32,000 nt of DNA from contig JAQVDW010000001.1 of assembly GCA_028698185.1 (NCBI GenBank), forward strand, positions 177,417 through 209,416, read 5' to 3'. This DNA comes from Erysipelotrichaceae bacterium. GTDB lineage: Bacteria > Bacillota_I > Bacilli_A > Erysipelotrichales > Coprobacillaceae. The position numbers and the translations under genes are program-made. The notes beneath the pieces are model-generated. The model was not told the DNA's origin and searched no databases. It worked only from the letters and a program-made list of their open reading frames with translations. Below, piece after piece: positions 18,155 through 26,607 of the stretch; position 1 is the stretch's first letter; each line of letters starts with the position of its first letter.

Positions 18155-18706
18155 ATGGAAAAAAAAGTTAAAGGGGAAACAATTTTCCAAGGCAAGATCA
18201 TCACAGTCGAAAAGGACAAGGTTCTTTGCGAAAACAACATAATTGCGACCCGCGAAGTGGTCCGTCACAATGGCGGAGTCGGGGTGCTCGCCCTGGTCGA
18301 AAACAAGGTCATCCTGGTGCGCCAGTTCCGCTATCCTTACAATGAGGATACCTTGGAAATTCCAGCCGGCAAGTTGGAAAAAGGCGAAGATCCTTTGTCT
18401 TGTGGCATCCGGGAACTGGAAGAAGAAACCGGCTATCGCACAAAAAGTCTGACCCGGTTCGCAACCATCTATCCGACTCCGGGCTATTGCGATGAGGTGT
18501 TGCATCTTTATGAAGCGACCGATTTCACCCTGGTGGAAGATCCCCTGGCCAGCGATGAGGATGAGTTCATCGATGTTGTCTATATGGATCTTGACACCGC
18601 CCACAAAAAGGTGGTCGAACAGGAAATCCGCGACTCGAAAACAGTGATTGCCATCAACCATGCCTATATCAGATATTTGGAAGAAAAGCTTAAAAAGACG
18701 CAATAA
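18155..18706 (+). CDS. NUDIX hydrolase (ADP-ribose pyrophosphatase-like), 183 aa
   Basis: The Nudix box is GKLEKGEDPLSCGIRELEEETGY. ATG 18155 follows AAAGGAG. The track start at 18125 lacks an RBS. Confidence 0.85.
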   Translation: MEKKVKGETIFQGKIITVEKDKVLCENNIIATREVVRHNGGVGVLALVENKVILVRQFRYPYNEDTLEIPAGKLEKGEDPLSCGIRELEEETGYRTKSLTRFATIYPTPGYCDEVLHLYEATDFTLVEDPLASDEDEFIDVVYMDLDTAHKKVVEQEIRDSKTVIAINHAYIRYLEEKLKKTQ

Positions 18707-18716
18707 GCGTCTTTTT
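18692..18716. terminator. Bidirectional terminator between the convergent NUDIX and DUF362 genes
   Basis: AAAAAGACGC-AATAA-GCGTCTTTTT overlaps both stop codons. Confidence 0.5.
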
Positions 18717-19846
18717 TACTTGATCACAATCAATTCATACTCGCGGTTTCCCAGACCGATCTCTTGTCCATATTCAAGACAAGTCTTATATTCGGACTCA
18801 GGAGTCGAGTTGACGAAATGGTCGCCATGGTCATGGAATCCATGGCTGTGGATATTGTCATGAAGCTGGCTGTTTGGCAATGGTGTCGCTTGCAGGCACG
18901 CATCAACACAGGCCTGATCCAGAGCCAGCGGATCGAATGAGGCGAACATCCCGATGTTTGGCAGGATCGGCGCATCATTTTCACTGTGACAGTCACAGTT
19001 TGGCGAAACATCGACAACCAAAGAAATATGGAAATGTGGGCGTCCGTCGAGAACCGCTTTGGTGTATTCGACCATCCGCTGGTTGAGCTCTTTTGGCGCC
19101 GACCAGTCTTTGAATTCGATGGCATCGAAGTTGCAGGCTCCGATACAACGACCGCAACCGACACACTTGTCGACATCGATGTACATCTTGCGGGCCACTT
19201 CATCGAAAACCAGGGCATCATTGGCACATTCGCGCAAGCATCGTTTGCAGCCGACACATTTTTCAACCAGAACCACCGGTTTCCCGTTTTGATGTTGGTC
19301 CTTTTTACCGGCTCTTGAAGCGCAGCCCATCCCGATGTTTTTGATCGCGCCGCCAAATCCGGTCATTTCATGACCTTTGAAATGGCTCAGCGAGATGAAG
19401 ACATCGGCATCCATGATCGCATGGCCGATTTTGGCTTCCTTGATATGTTTGCCCCCGATTACCGGCACGCTGATATCATCAGTCCCTTTCAAGCCGTCCC
19501 CGATGATCACTGGACAACCAGCCGAAAGTGGCGAGAAGCCGTTTTCCCAGGCACATTCAAGATGTTCCAGGGCGTTTTTACGTTTGCCAGGATACAAGGT
19601 GTTGCAGTCAGTCAAAAACGGTTTCCCATTGAATTCCTTGACCAGATCAGCTACCGCTTTGGCATAGTTGGGCCGCAGGAAACCCAGGTTGCCAAGCTCA
19701 CCGAAATGCATCTTGATTGCGACAAACTTGTTGTCAAAATCGATATTGCCGATTCCGGCCGCTTTGAGCATCCGTTTCAATTTCAACGGCAATCCTTCAT
19801 GGGGATTAGCCCGAAAATCCGTGAAATACACTTTTGTTTTTTCCAT
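18716..19846 (-). CDS. DUF362 domain protein with an inserted 2x[4Fe-4S] ferredoxin domain, 376 aa
   Basis: It has a DUF362-like N-terminus (VYFTDFR..VAIKMHFGE). Two CxxCxxCxxxC motifs are present (CVGCKRCLRECAND, CVGCGRCIGACNFD). ATG 19846 follows AAAGGAG. Confidence 0.8.
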   Translation of the reverse strand: MEKTKVYFTDFRANPHEGLPLKLKRMLKAAGIGNIDFDNKFVAIKMHFGELGNLGFLRPNYAKAVADLVKEFNGKPFLTDCNTLYPGKRKNALEHLECAWENGFSPLSAGCPVIIGDGLKGTDDISVPVIGGKHIKEAKIGHAIMDADVFISLSHFKGHEMTGFGGAIKNIGMGCASRAGKKDQHQNGKPVVLVEKCVGCKRCLRECANDALVFDEVARKMYIDVDKCVGCGRCIGACNFDAIEFKDWSAPKELNQRMVEYTKAVLDGRPHFHISLVVDVSPNCDCHSENDAPILPNIGMFASFDPLALDQACVDACLQATPLPNSQLHDNIHSHGFHDHGDHFVNSTPESEYKTCLEYGQEIGLGNREYELIVIK

Positions 19847-20000
19847 TGCGCTATCTCCTTTAATATTATCTACTTCAATTATACTCCCTTGAGCCCCCTG
19901 CAATGCAAGTGTTTTCAAGGGAAACTCGATCCGCTAAAATTTGAAACCCATCCTGGCATCGGCCATAGGTAGAAGATTTCAAATCAATGACCGATTGGCG

Positions 20001-21122
20001 CTATTCGAAATGTTGCGCCACTGTTTTAAGTTCTTCGATTATTTTTATATGCTGTGGACATACCTGTTCGCATTGGCCACATTCGATACACTCGCTGGCT
20101 TTGCCAAAGCTCCGGGTAAGATTGGTGTAATACTCGCCTTGAGGCGTCCAGCCTTTTTCCTTGATTTCCTGCATGTCGGCATTGTACAGCGAGAAATATC
20201 GCGGAATCGGGATATTCATCGGACAACCATCGACACAATAGGCACAGGCTGTACAAGGAATCGCAATATTCGAATTGATGGTGGCCACCGCCTTGTTTAT
20301 CAGTTCATATTCTTTTTCATTGAGCTTCTTGAAATCCATCATGTAGCCGGTATTGTCAAGGAGTTGTTCCATGTTCGACATTCCACTAAGAACCATCATC
20401 ACGTTGTCAAGACTCGCCGCGAAACGGATTGCCCATGACGGAATTGATGCCTTGGCATCGTAATCTTTGAACAGTCTTTCCACCGGCTCAGGAACATTGG
20501 CCAGAGTGCCACCTTTTACCGGTTCCATCACGATTACCTTTTTGCCATGTTTTTTGGCAACCTCATAACAAAGGCGTGATTGCACCCCTTCACTGTCCCA
20601 GTCGAGATAGTTGATCTGCAACTGGACGAATTCCATTTCCGGATGTTCGCTTAGCACCTTGTCAAGCAGTTTGGCGTCGTCATGGAATGAGAAACCGATT
20701 TTCTTGACCAGTCCAGCCCTCTTTTTCTCCTGGATCCAGTTGAAACAATCAAGTTCGGTGAATATTTCATAGTGATGGACCCCGATGTCATGGAGCAGGT
20801 AGTAATCGAAAAACTCGACTCCGGTTTTTCTTAGCTGTTCGTTGAAAATCGCATCGCGGTCTTCCCTGGTCTTCAGGAATCCGGCGTGGAGCTTGGTCGC
20901 CAGGGTATAGCTGTCGCGGGGATGGCGGTCGACCAGGACTTCCTTGGTCGCCGTCTCACTCGCAAACCCGCAATACATCCAGGCTGTATCGAAATAAGTG
21001 AAGCCCCTTTGTAAAAATGTGTCGACCATTTCTTTGGTCTGTTCAAAATCGATTTTTGATGGATCGTTGGGATCAAGCGACGGCAGCCGCATCAGTCCAA
21101 ATCCTAATTTTTTCGCACTCAT
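20001..21122 (-). CDS. Aldo/keto reductase fused to a C-terminal 4Fe-4S dicluster domain, 373 aa
   Basis: The AKR N-terminus reads [25 protein letters not shown]. The C-terminal cysteine clusters are [12 protein letters not shown] and [12 protein letters not shown]. Confidence 0.85.
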   Translation of the reverse strand: MSAKKLGFGLMRLPSLDPNDPSKIDFEQTKEMVDTFLQRGFTYFDTAWMYCGFASETATKEVLVDRHPRDSYTLATKLHAGFLKTREDRDAIFNEQLRKTGVEFFDYYLLHDIGVHHYEIFTELDCFNWIQEKKRAGLVKKIGFSFHDDAKLLDKVLSEHPEMEFVQLQINYLDWDSEGVQSRLCYEVAKKHGKKVIVMEPVKGGTLANVPEPVERLFKDYDAKASIPSWAIRFAASLDNVMMVLSGMSNMEQLLDNTGYMMDFKKLNEKEYELINKAVATINSNIAIPCTACAYCVDGCPMNIPIPRYFSLYNADMQEIKEKGWTPQGEYYTNLTRSFGKASECIECGQCEQVCPQHIKIIEELKTVAQHFE

Positions 21123-21150
21123 AATTTTCCTCCATTTTCATATCACTAAA

Positions 21151-21181
21151 ATTTTACCGCCTCGACCTAACTTTAAGTCAA
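21151..21181 (-). promoter_or_regulatory. Candidate promoter of the AKR gene with a 19-nt spacer
   Basis: The minus strand reads TTGACT, exactly 19 nt, then TAAAAT. An imperfect dyad GACTTAAAGTTAGGTC overlaps the -35 box and extends into the spacer. Confidence 0.35.
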
Positions 21182-21221
21182 GATGCAATTGAAAAATAAT
21201 CAAATCTTAATACCGGATGGC

Positions 21222-21244
21222 AAAAAAAAGACCTTGCGGTCTTT
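21222..21244 (-). terminator. Rho-independent terminator after the PatB/MalY-like gene
   Basis: The minus-strand stem AAGACC/GGTCTT (loop GCAA) is followed by U8. Confidence 0.6.
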
Positions 21245-21252
21245 ATCAAAAA

Positions 21253-22452
21253 TCAATTGGGGGTGCTCTCGTGCGGATTTCTATTTTTAATAGCAAGGTT
21301 CAGTCGACAAAGCGCTTCTTTCAAAACGCTTTGAGGCACGGCAAGATTGATCCGCTCGAAACCGGCACCCCCTATGCCAAAGATATAGCCTTCATCGAGC
21401 CACAGTTTAGCCTCGTTGATCATGAATGCTTCGAGTTGTTCGTGATCCATGTCCAGACCGGTAAAATCAACCCAGGCCAGATACAGCCCTTCAGGTTCGA
21501 CTAGTTTGACTTCCGGGATGTGTTTGGCCAGGAAAGTCCGCAAACAGCTCTTGTTTTTTTCCACATACCCGATCAGGTCATCTAGCCACTTCTTTCCATG
21601 GAGATAGGCCGCCTTGGTCGCTTCAATGGCCATGATGTTGGGCTCATCGGTAAAACCCGATTTTCTTTTGGTCGCGACAAACCGTTCCTTTAGGTCATCG
21701 TTGAAAAACAGGATATTGGCACATTGCAATCCGGCCAGGTTGAACGTCTTCGACGGCGAAGTGGCGATAACGCAGATGTCTTTGAAGCGCTTGTCGACAT
21801 TGACAAACGGGATATGGACATGATTCTTGAATACGAAATCCATATGTATCTCATCGGAAATCACCAGCACTTCGTGTTTCAGGCAGATTTCCCCGATCTT
21901 TTTAAGCTCGGCTCTAGTCCAGACCTTGCCGATGGGATTGTATGGGTTGCACAGGATGAAGATCTTCACCTTGTGGTTGATGATTTTCTGTTCAAACAGC
22001 GAGAAATCCATCAGGTAGTGGCCATCCTTGAAAATCATCGGACATTCGACTTTTTTCCGGCCGTTTTGTTCGACCACCTGATCAAATGGATAGTATACCG
22101 GCTTGTTGATCATGATCGCGTCATTTATCTGGCTGAAAGTATTGACTGCGATATTCAATGCGGCGATGACTCCCGGTGTGGTCACCACGTTTTCTTGTGC
22201 GATTATCAGATTATGGCGTTTGTTCATCCAAGATGAAACCGCTCCATAATATTCATGATCGCAAAAACCATAGCCGAAGATGCCATGGGCCGCTTTTTTC
22301 GAAATCGCTTCAATGACCGCATCGGGCGCCTGGAAATCCATGTCGGCCACCCACAGCGGCAGTAGCCCTTCGGGCTTGTTCATATTCTTCCAGCCGTCCC
22401 ATTTGACGCAGCTTGTATTTTCGCGGCTGATAACTTGATCGAAATTTTCCAT
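21253..22452 (-). CDS. PatB/MalY-family PLP-dependent C-S lyase (cystathionine beta-lyase-like aminotransferase class I/II), 399 aa
   Basis: The N-terminus MENFDQVISRENTSCVKWDG is typical of the family. The PLP-lysine motif is SPSKTFNLAG. ATG 22452 follows AAGGGGGAA. Confidence 0.85.
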   Translation of the reverse strand: MENFDQVISRENTSCVKWDGWKNMNKPEGLLPLWVADMDFQAPDAVIEAISKKAAHGIFGYGFCDHEYYGAVSSWMNKRHNLIIAQENVVTTPGVIAALNIAVNTFSQINDAIMINKPVYYPFDQVVEQNGRKKVECPMIFKDGHYLMDFSLFEQKIINHKVKIFILCNPYNPIGKVWTRAELKKIGEICLKHEVLVISDEIHMDFVFKNHVHIPFVNVDKRFKDICVIATSPSKTFNLAGLQCANILFFNDDLKERFVATKRKSGFTDEPNIMAIEATKAAYLHGKKWLDDLIGYVEKNKSCLRTFLAKHIPEVKLVEPEGLYLAWVDFTGLDMDHEQLEAFMINEAKLWLDEGYIFGIGGAGFERINLAVPQSVLKEALCRLNLAIKNRNPHESTPN

Positions 22453-22477
22453 TGGTTGTTCCCCCTTTGACAACTGT

Positions 22478-22506
22478 ATCATACGCCAATATTGTCACGA
22501 TAACAA
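22478..22506 (-). promoter_or_regulatory. Candidate sigmaA promoter for the PatB-like gene
   Basis: The minus strand reads TTGTTA, a 17-nt spacer, then TATGAT, about 25 nt upstream of the ATG. Confidence 0.4.
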
Positions 22507-22650
22507 TTGATTATCTTCGACTTGTGAAATCACTTGATTTCGCAACTGCCGGGGCCAAAATCATTATAAAATTAACCGATAACGCCCGATTGTTTATTTT
22601 ATGAACAACCGGGAACTGTTTGTCATTATGGACAATTTTCGATCGACAAG

Positions 22651-22673
22651 AAAAAAACAGCCCGACTGGGCTG
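22651..22673 (-). terminator. Rho-independent terminator downstream of the GNAT gene
   Basis: The minus-strand stem CAGCCC/GGGCTG (loop AGUC) is followed by U7. Confidence 0.55.
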
Positions 22674-22744
22674 CGACACATAAAAAGAGTTTCGATTTGT
22701 TTGATTAACCCAAGTGGTCCTTTTCCGGGCCTGCCGGGCAGTTT

Positions 22745-23302
22745 CTATTGAAAATCGCAGGAAATATCGCTGAATGGAATCATCGGTTCGGGAATTGCGG
22801 GATGGTCCTGGAGCGTCTTTTCCATCCAGACGACATCACGCCACTGCCCCAGCTTGAAGCCGCATTTGTGGAAATGGGCCACGGTCAGATAACCCGATTT
22901 TTCGTGGAACGATATGCTTTGGTTGTTGGGATTGGTGATGCAGGCACTCAGGGTGTAGATGTTCTGCCTTTTAAGGATCGCCTCCAGCTTTTCATAGAGC
23001 GCCCTGGCGATGCCCTTGCCATGGAAGTTCCCATCGAGATAGATGGATGTTTCCACCGCCCACTGGTAAGCGGCCCGACTCTTGAACGCCGTGGCGTAGG
23101 CGTAACCGGCAATTTCGCCTTCGACAACCGCCACAAGATACGGATAGCTTTCACTGATCGTTTCAATCCGCGTCTGGAATTCCTCAAGACTGGGTACCTC
23201 GTATTCGAAAGTTATCGGCGTCGTCTTGACATAAGGCGCGTATATTTCCAACAGCCTGGATGCATCTTCCTTTTTCGCGATTCTTATTTCCAATTTTTTC
23301 AT
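22745..23302 (-). CDS. GNAT family N-acetyltransferase (phosphinothricin/methionine-sulfoximine acetyltransferase-like), 185 aa
   Basis: MKKLEIRIAKKEDASRLLEIY..TFEYEVPSLEEF..HGKGIARALY..HEKSGY. ATG 23302 follows AAGGGGGAAAC. Confidence 0.85.
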   Translation of the reverse strand: MKKLEIRIAKKEDASRLLEIYAPYVKTTPITFEYEVPSLEEFQTRIETISESYPYLVAVVEGEIAGYAYATAFKSRAAYQWAVETSIYLDGNFHGKGIARALYEKLEAILKRQNIYTLSACITNPNNQSISFHEKSGYLTVAHFHKCGFKLGQWRDVVWMEKTLQDHPAIPEPMIPFSDISCDFQ

Positions 23303-23402
23303 TATGTTTCCCCCTTGTTTTGTTGCTGCAATATTATGGCGCAAAACCACTCGTCCTGTTGGACCGGTTCCAACCTATTTGTGATCATTCCAAGTGGCTC
23401 AT

Positions 23403-24053
23403 TCAGATGTAATCGGCCAGTTTGGTCGCAATATAGCCGATGACCTCTTCAAGAAAGCAATCCATCTCGTTCTTGCTCAAATACAGATAATCCCGGTCGA
23501 GATCCCCCGCTTCCTGGCGGTAGAATTCTTTGATGAATCGGATCTGGGTGATTACCGCCCCCTGGGGATAGTACTCAAGATAGTCCGGGAATTCCGTGAT
23601 CTTTGTGAACACCGAGAAAAACAGGCTGTCTTCATTTTCCAAAAAGTAGCGGCGGTCAAGATCGTACCAGTCCTTCTTGATTGTCCAGATGAAATCATTG
23701 TCCTCTTTAAGGGGAAAGTAAAGGGGATCGTTGTCGATCTTGTCCTGGATCAGCAAGGAAAACTTCTTGTCGGTAAGCAGGTGGACATAGTAGCCTAGAT
23801 AAAACGACCATTCCTTGATCTTTAGACCCTCTCTGGTCAGATATTTCCTGGCAAACAGCGCCGCTTCGATATTGAGCTTGGAACCGTCGCACCAGTGGGT
23901 GATGTTAGCTGGCGGATCGAACTTCGTCCCGTCCTTATTGGCCAGACCGCAGTCCGGTCCGATATTGCCCACCAGAAACGCTTCCTGATCGACTGCGATG
24001 CCCTGTTCGATCAAACGTTGGGCAATCCGGATATGCAAACCCCAGGTAGCCAT
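23403..24053 (-). CDS. Zinc-dependent phospholipase C-like / metal-hydrolase superfamily protein, 216 aa
   Basis: The N-terminal WGLHIRIA, then GNIGPDCG, ITHW and YYVHLLTD resemble the His/Asp metal-ligand pattern of that fold. ATG 24053 follows GAAGGAGG. The track extension to 24263 overlaps the RpiR gene and is not supported. Confidence 0.5.
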   Translation of the reverse strand: MATWGLHIRIAQRLIEQGIAVDQEAFLVGNIGPDCGLANKDGTKFDPPANITHWCDGSKLNIEAALFARKYLTREGLKIKEWSFYLGYYVHLLTDKKFSLLIQDKIDNDPLYFPLKEDNDFIWTIKKDWYDLDRRYFLENEDSLFFSVFTKITEFPDYLEYYPQGAVITQIRFIKEFYRQEAGDLDRDYLYLSKNEMDCFLEEVIGYIATKLADYI

Positions 24054-24066
24054 AAAATCCCCTCCT

Positions 24067-24858
24067 TCACAAATCGAGATATAACATGTTGCTGATGATG
24101 TTCGCGAGCAAAAACAGCGAATAATAACCGTCATTGCAGCTGTCTTTCCGGCCATATCTGTAGAAAAGGAAGAATTCCAGACCGTCATGAATGAATTCAT
24201 CCTGCCCCAGACAGATAAGCCGCGCCCCCTGCTTGCATGCACTTTCAAGGGCCTGCAGGTCATCGGGATTATTGAAATTGGTGGTCACGGAAAAATAAAT
24301 GACCAGGTCAAATGGGCCTAGCTGCCTGAAACTTTGGCGGGCATAGTCCCGGTTGTAGAAACTGTAACAAGGAATCTTATGGGCCATCAAATCGAGCTGG
24401 ACCAGATAGAAGCTTGCCAATGCGTGGTAGTCTCCTAAAAAGGTGACACTGGAAGCATTTTTCAATGACCTCACCAGAACTTCGAGCTTGGCTTTGTCCA
24501 GGCTGTCATAGGTTCCTTTCAGGTTGGCCTGGCCGGATTGATACATGGTGTCGACCAGATTGGCGACATCGTTTTTCTTGAACCGGCTGGAGTTGAGCAT
24601 TCCCCGCATTTTAACAATATCATTCATCTGGAGATACATCGCAAGTTTGAAATCCGCGAATGAATCGAAGCCGGTTTTTTTGACAAACCGGGACACGCTG
24701 GCCACCGAGATGCTTGCCTGGTCGGCAATTTCCTCAAGCGATAACATCATCATCCTGTCGACATTGGATATTATGGCCTTGGCGATGCAATACTCATTGG
24801 AATTGGCCACCTGGGCGTTTAGATACTCGACAAACGTAAAAAAATTACTTTCTCTCAT
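24067..24858 (-). CDS. MurR/RpiR family transcriptional regulator (HTH_6 + SIS domain), 263 aa
   Basis: The HTH reads LSLEEIADQASISVASVSRFVKKTGFDSFADFK. A SIS-like Rossmann region follows (VTFLGDYHALASF.., DLVIYFSVT). ATG 24858 follows AAGGTGAGGAAA. Confidence 0.85.
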   Translation of the reverse strand: MRESNFFTFVEYLNAQVANSNEYCIAKAIISNVDRMMMLSLEEIADQASISVASVSRFVKKTGFDSFADFKLAMYLQMNDIVKMRGMLNSSRFKKNDVANLVDTMYQSGQANLKGTYDSLDKAKLEVLVRSLKNASSVTFLGDYHALASFYLVQLDLMAHKIPCYSFYNRDYARQSFRQLGPFDLVIYFSVTTNFNNPDDLQALESACKQGARLICLGQDEFIHDGLEFFLFYRYGRKDSCNDGYYSLFLLANIISNMLYLDL

Positions 24859-24924
24859 TTTCCTCACCTTGCAAAATTTTAACACATCCCCTTTGACTTG
24901 CCCATATATTTTCAAAATCTCACA

Positions 24925-24960
24925 AAAAAAGATTTTACCCAAAATCCCGATCCCGGGATT
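24925..24960 (-). terminator. Weak candidate terminator after the esterase gene
   Basis: The minus-strand stem AATCCCG/CGGGATT is followed by UUUGGGUAAAAUCUUUUUUU. The U-tract is interrupted. Confidence 0.3.
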
Positions 24961-24985
24961 GTCGGATAAAATCCGTGAATAAAAC

Positions 24986-26467
24986 TTACGCTTTTGCTTT
25001 CTTGACCGTCAGGTACAATCCGCCAAGCCCTAGAACCAGACCCGCCAGGTAGAGACCGACCATCGCCCCATCCGCAGTTTCGATGATGCCGCTTTGGGTT
25101 GTTTGCGCCGCTTGGGTTGTTGTTTGGACCGTTTCCTGTTTGGCTGGGTCATTCATTTGTGCGCCCGCCTGGTTGTCATTTTTTGTTGCTGCTGGAATCT
25201 CTTTGTTCCACAGGTAATCTTTGACAAATGTGGTGAGAGAATCACGCCAGACATACCAGTCATGACCGCCAAGTTTCAAATCGAAATCATAATTCACTCC
25301 AAGATCATCCAGCGCTCCCAGGTAATCAAGCGTCGAGATGCCCATGGTGTTGTTGTAGGCGATATCGACAGTTCCCGCAGTAAAATACAATGAAGCTTCA
25401 TTCAAAGCAGCTCCGTCGAAGTTGGCCGGATCAAGGTCAGAGTTACCACCTGAGAATGCTCCAAAATAACCAAATTCGCCGGGATTTCGTTTCATCATTT
25501 CATTGGTTGTCATGCTGCCCATCGACAACCCGCAAAAAGCCCGGTCGGCCTCTTCATGGGAAACAGAATAGTCAGCTTCGATTTTGGGAATCACGTAGTC
25601 AAGCACGTTTGGCAGGGTCAAATCATAATCCCAACCGAAGTATTGGTTGTCCATGGTCACGACGATAGCTTCCGCCACTTCCCCAGCCCCAATCAAGTTG
25701 TCCATGATGTTGGGCACCGAACCGATGGTCATCCATTCAACTTCGTTACCGCCACCACCGTGAGACACATAGATGGTCTTGTACGTCTTAGCCGGATCAT
25801 AGCCAGCTGGAGTGTAGACCCCAAGATATTGGGTGGTTCCGTCAATCGCTGAATATGGCACGTATTCGACATTGCCTTGGGCACAGCTGCTCGGGTAGAT
25901 GTATTCCTGACCGGCAGTTTCCCCGTTGCCCACATAGAAAAGGGACCATCCCGCATCAGAATCGACATTCTTTTCCGGGATATTGGCCGGATCGATCACC
26001 CGGTCTGCCGTTGTGCCATCGGAATATTCGATGTAATAGGCATAGAAATACTGGTTGGCCGGCAAAGGCATGGTCAACTCGAACAGGTCATCCCCGATCT
26101 CACTCATCTGGTAGAAGTCCATGTCACCGGTCTGGACATTGGAGCTGGCCGCGTACATCCCATCTTCATACTCATAAGCATCATAGCAAGGTATTCCCGA
26201 GTTGTCCCCGAAGGCCTGATATGAAGTTGTCTCGCTTTCCTTGTAGAACTGGAATCCCCCTTTGACATTGACCTTTACGGCGTCCTTTGCATCTTCATCC
26301 TGGAAGGCAAAAGTAGCCACGTAATCGGCATCCCAAGCGGGGTTGGTATTGGCTTCGACTGTCACCCCCAACGGATAACTTGGCGCTGCACACACCTGGG
26401 TTGTGCTAAGTGTGGCAACCATGCTTGTTGCCAACATACTCGATAAAAATAGATTTGTTTTTCTCAT
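24986..26467 (-). CDS. Secreted esterase family protein (PF00756-type alpha/beta hydrolase, carbohydrate-esterase-like) with a C-terminal membrane/cell-wall anchor, 493 aa
   Basis: It has four parts.
- A signal peptide, MRKTNLFLSSMLATSMVATLSTTQVCA/AP.
- An N-terminal beta-sandwich-like region.
- A hydrolase core with YVSHGGGGNE and the nucleophile elbow GLSMG.
- A Thr/Gln-rich linker, a hydrophobic segment and a KKAKA tail. Confidence 0.8.
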   Translation of the reverse strand: MRKTNLFLSSMLATSMVATLSTTQVCAAPSYPLGVTVEANTNPAWDADYVATFAFQDEDAKDAVKVNVKGGFQFYKESETTSYQAFGDNSGIPCYDAYEYEDGMYAASSNVQTGDMDFYQMSEIGDDLFELTMPLPANQYFYAYYIEYSDGTTADRVIDPANIPEKNVDSDAGWSLFYVGNGETAGQEYIYPSSCAQGNVEYVPYSAIDGTTQYLGVYTPAGYDPAKTYKTIYVSHGGGGNEVEWMTIGSVPNIMDNLIGAGEVAEAIVVTMDNQYFGWDYDLTLPNVLDYVIPKIEADYSVSHEEADRAFCGLSMGSMTTNEMMKRNPGEFGYFGAFSGGNSDLDPANFDGAALNEASLYFTAGTVDIAYNNTMGISTLDYLGALDDLGVNYDFDLKLGGHDWYVWRDSLTTFVKDYLWNKEIPAATKNDNQAGAQMNDPAKQETVQTTTQAAQTTQSGIIETADGAMVGLYLAGLVLGLGGLYLTVKKAKA

Positions 26468-26495
26468 ACATTCTCTCCTTTTGCATATAATTGTA

Positions 26496-26509
26496 GTAAA
26501 ACGCTTACA
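26496..26509. promoter_or_regulatory. cre-like (CcpA) half-matching site upstream of the esterase gene
   Basis: Minus-strand TGTAAGCGTTTTAC was compared with the consensus TGWAANCGNTNWCA. The left half and centre match; the last two positions do not. Confidence 0.25.
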
Positions 26510-26580
26510 CTTGCGCCACCACTTGGTTTGGAAGCGGATTTCGTTATTTGCAAGGAATTAGTAATGATTATCATCAATCT

Positions 26581-26607
26581 AAAACAAAAAAACGGATCAT
26601 ATCCGTT
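26581..26607 (-). terminator. Rho-independent terminator ending the PTS operon
   Basis: The minus-strand stem AACGGAT/ATCCGTT (loop AUG) lies directly after the TAA stop and is followed by UUUUUUGUUUU. Confidence 0.6.

Noticed and set aside
22601-22708. A 35-codon plus-strand ORF (MNNRELFVIMDNF...) between the GNAT and PatB-like genes.
   Set aside because: There is no RBS, and it spans the GNAT terminator hairpin. It is most likely a chance ORF.
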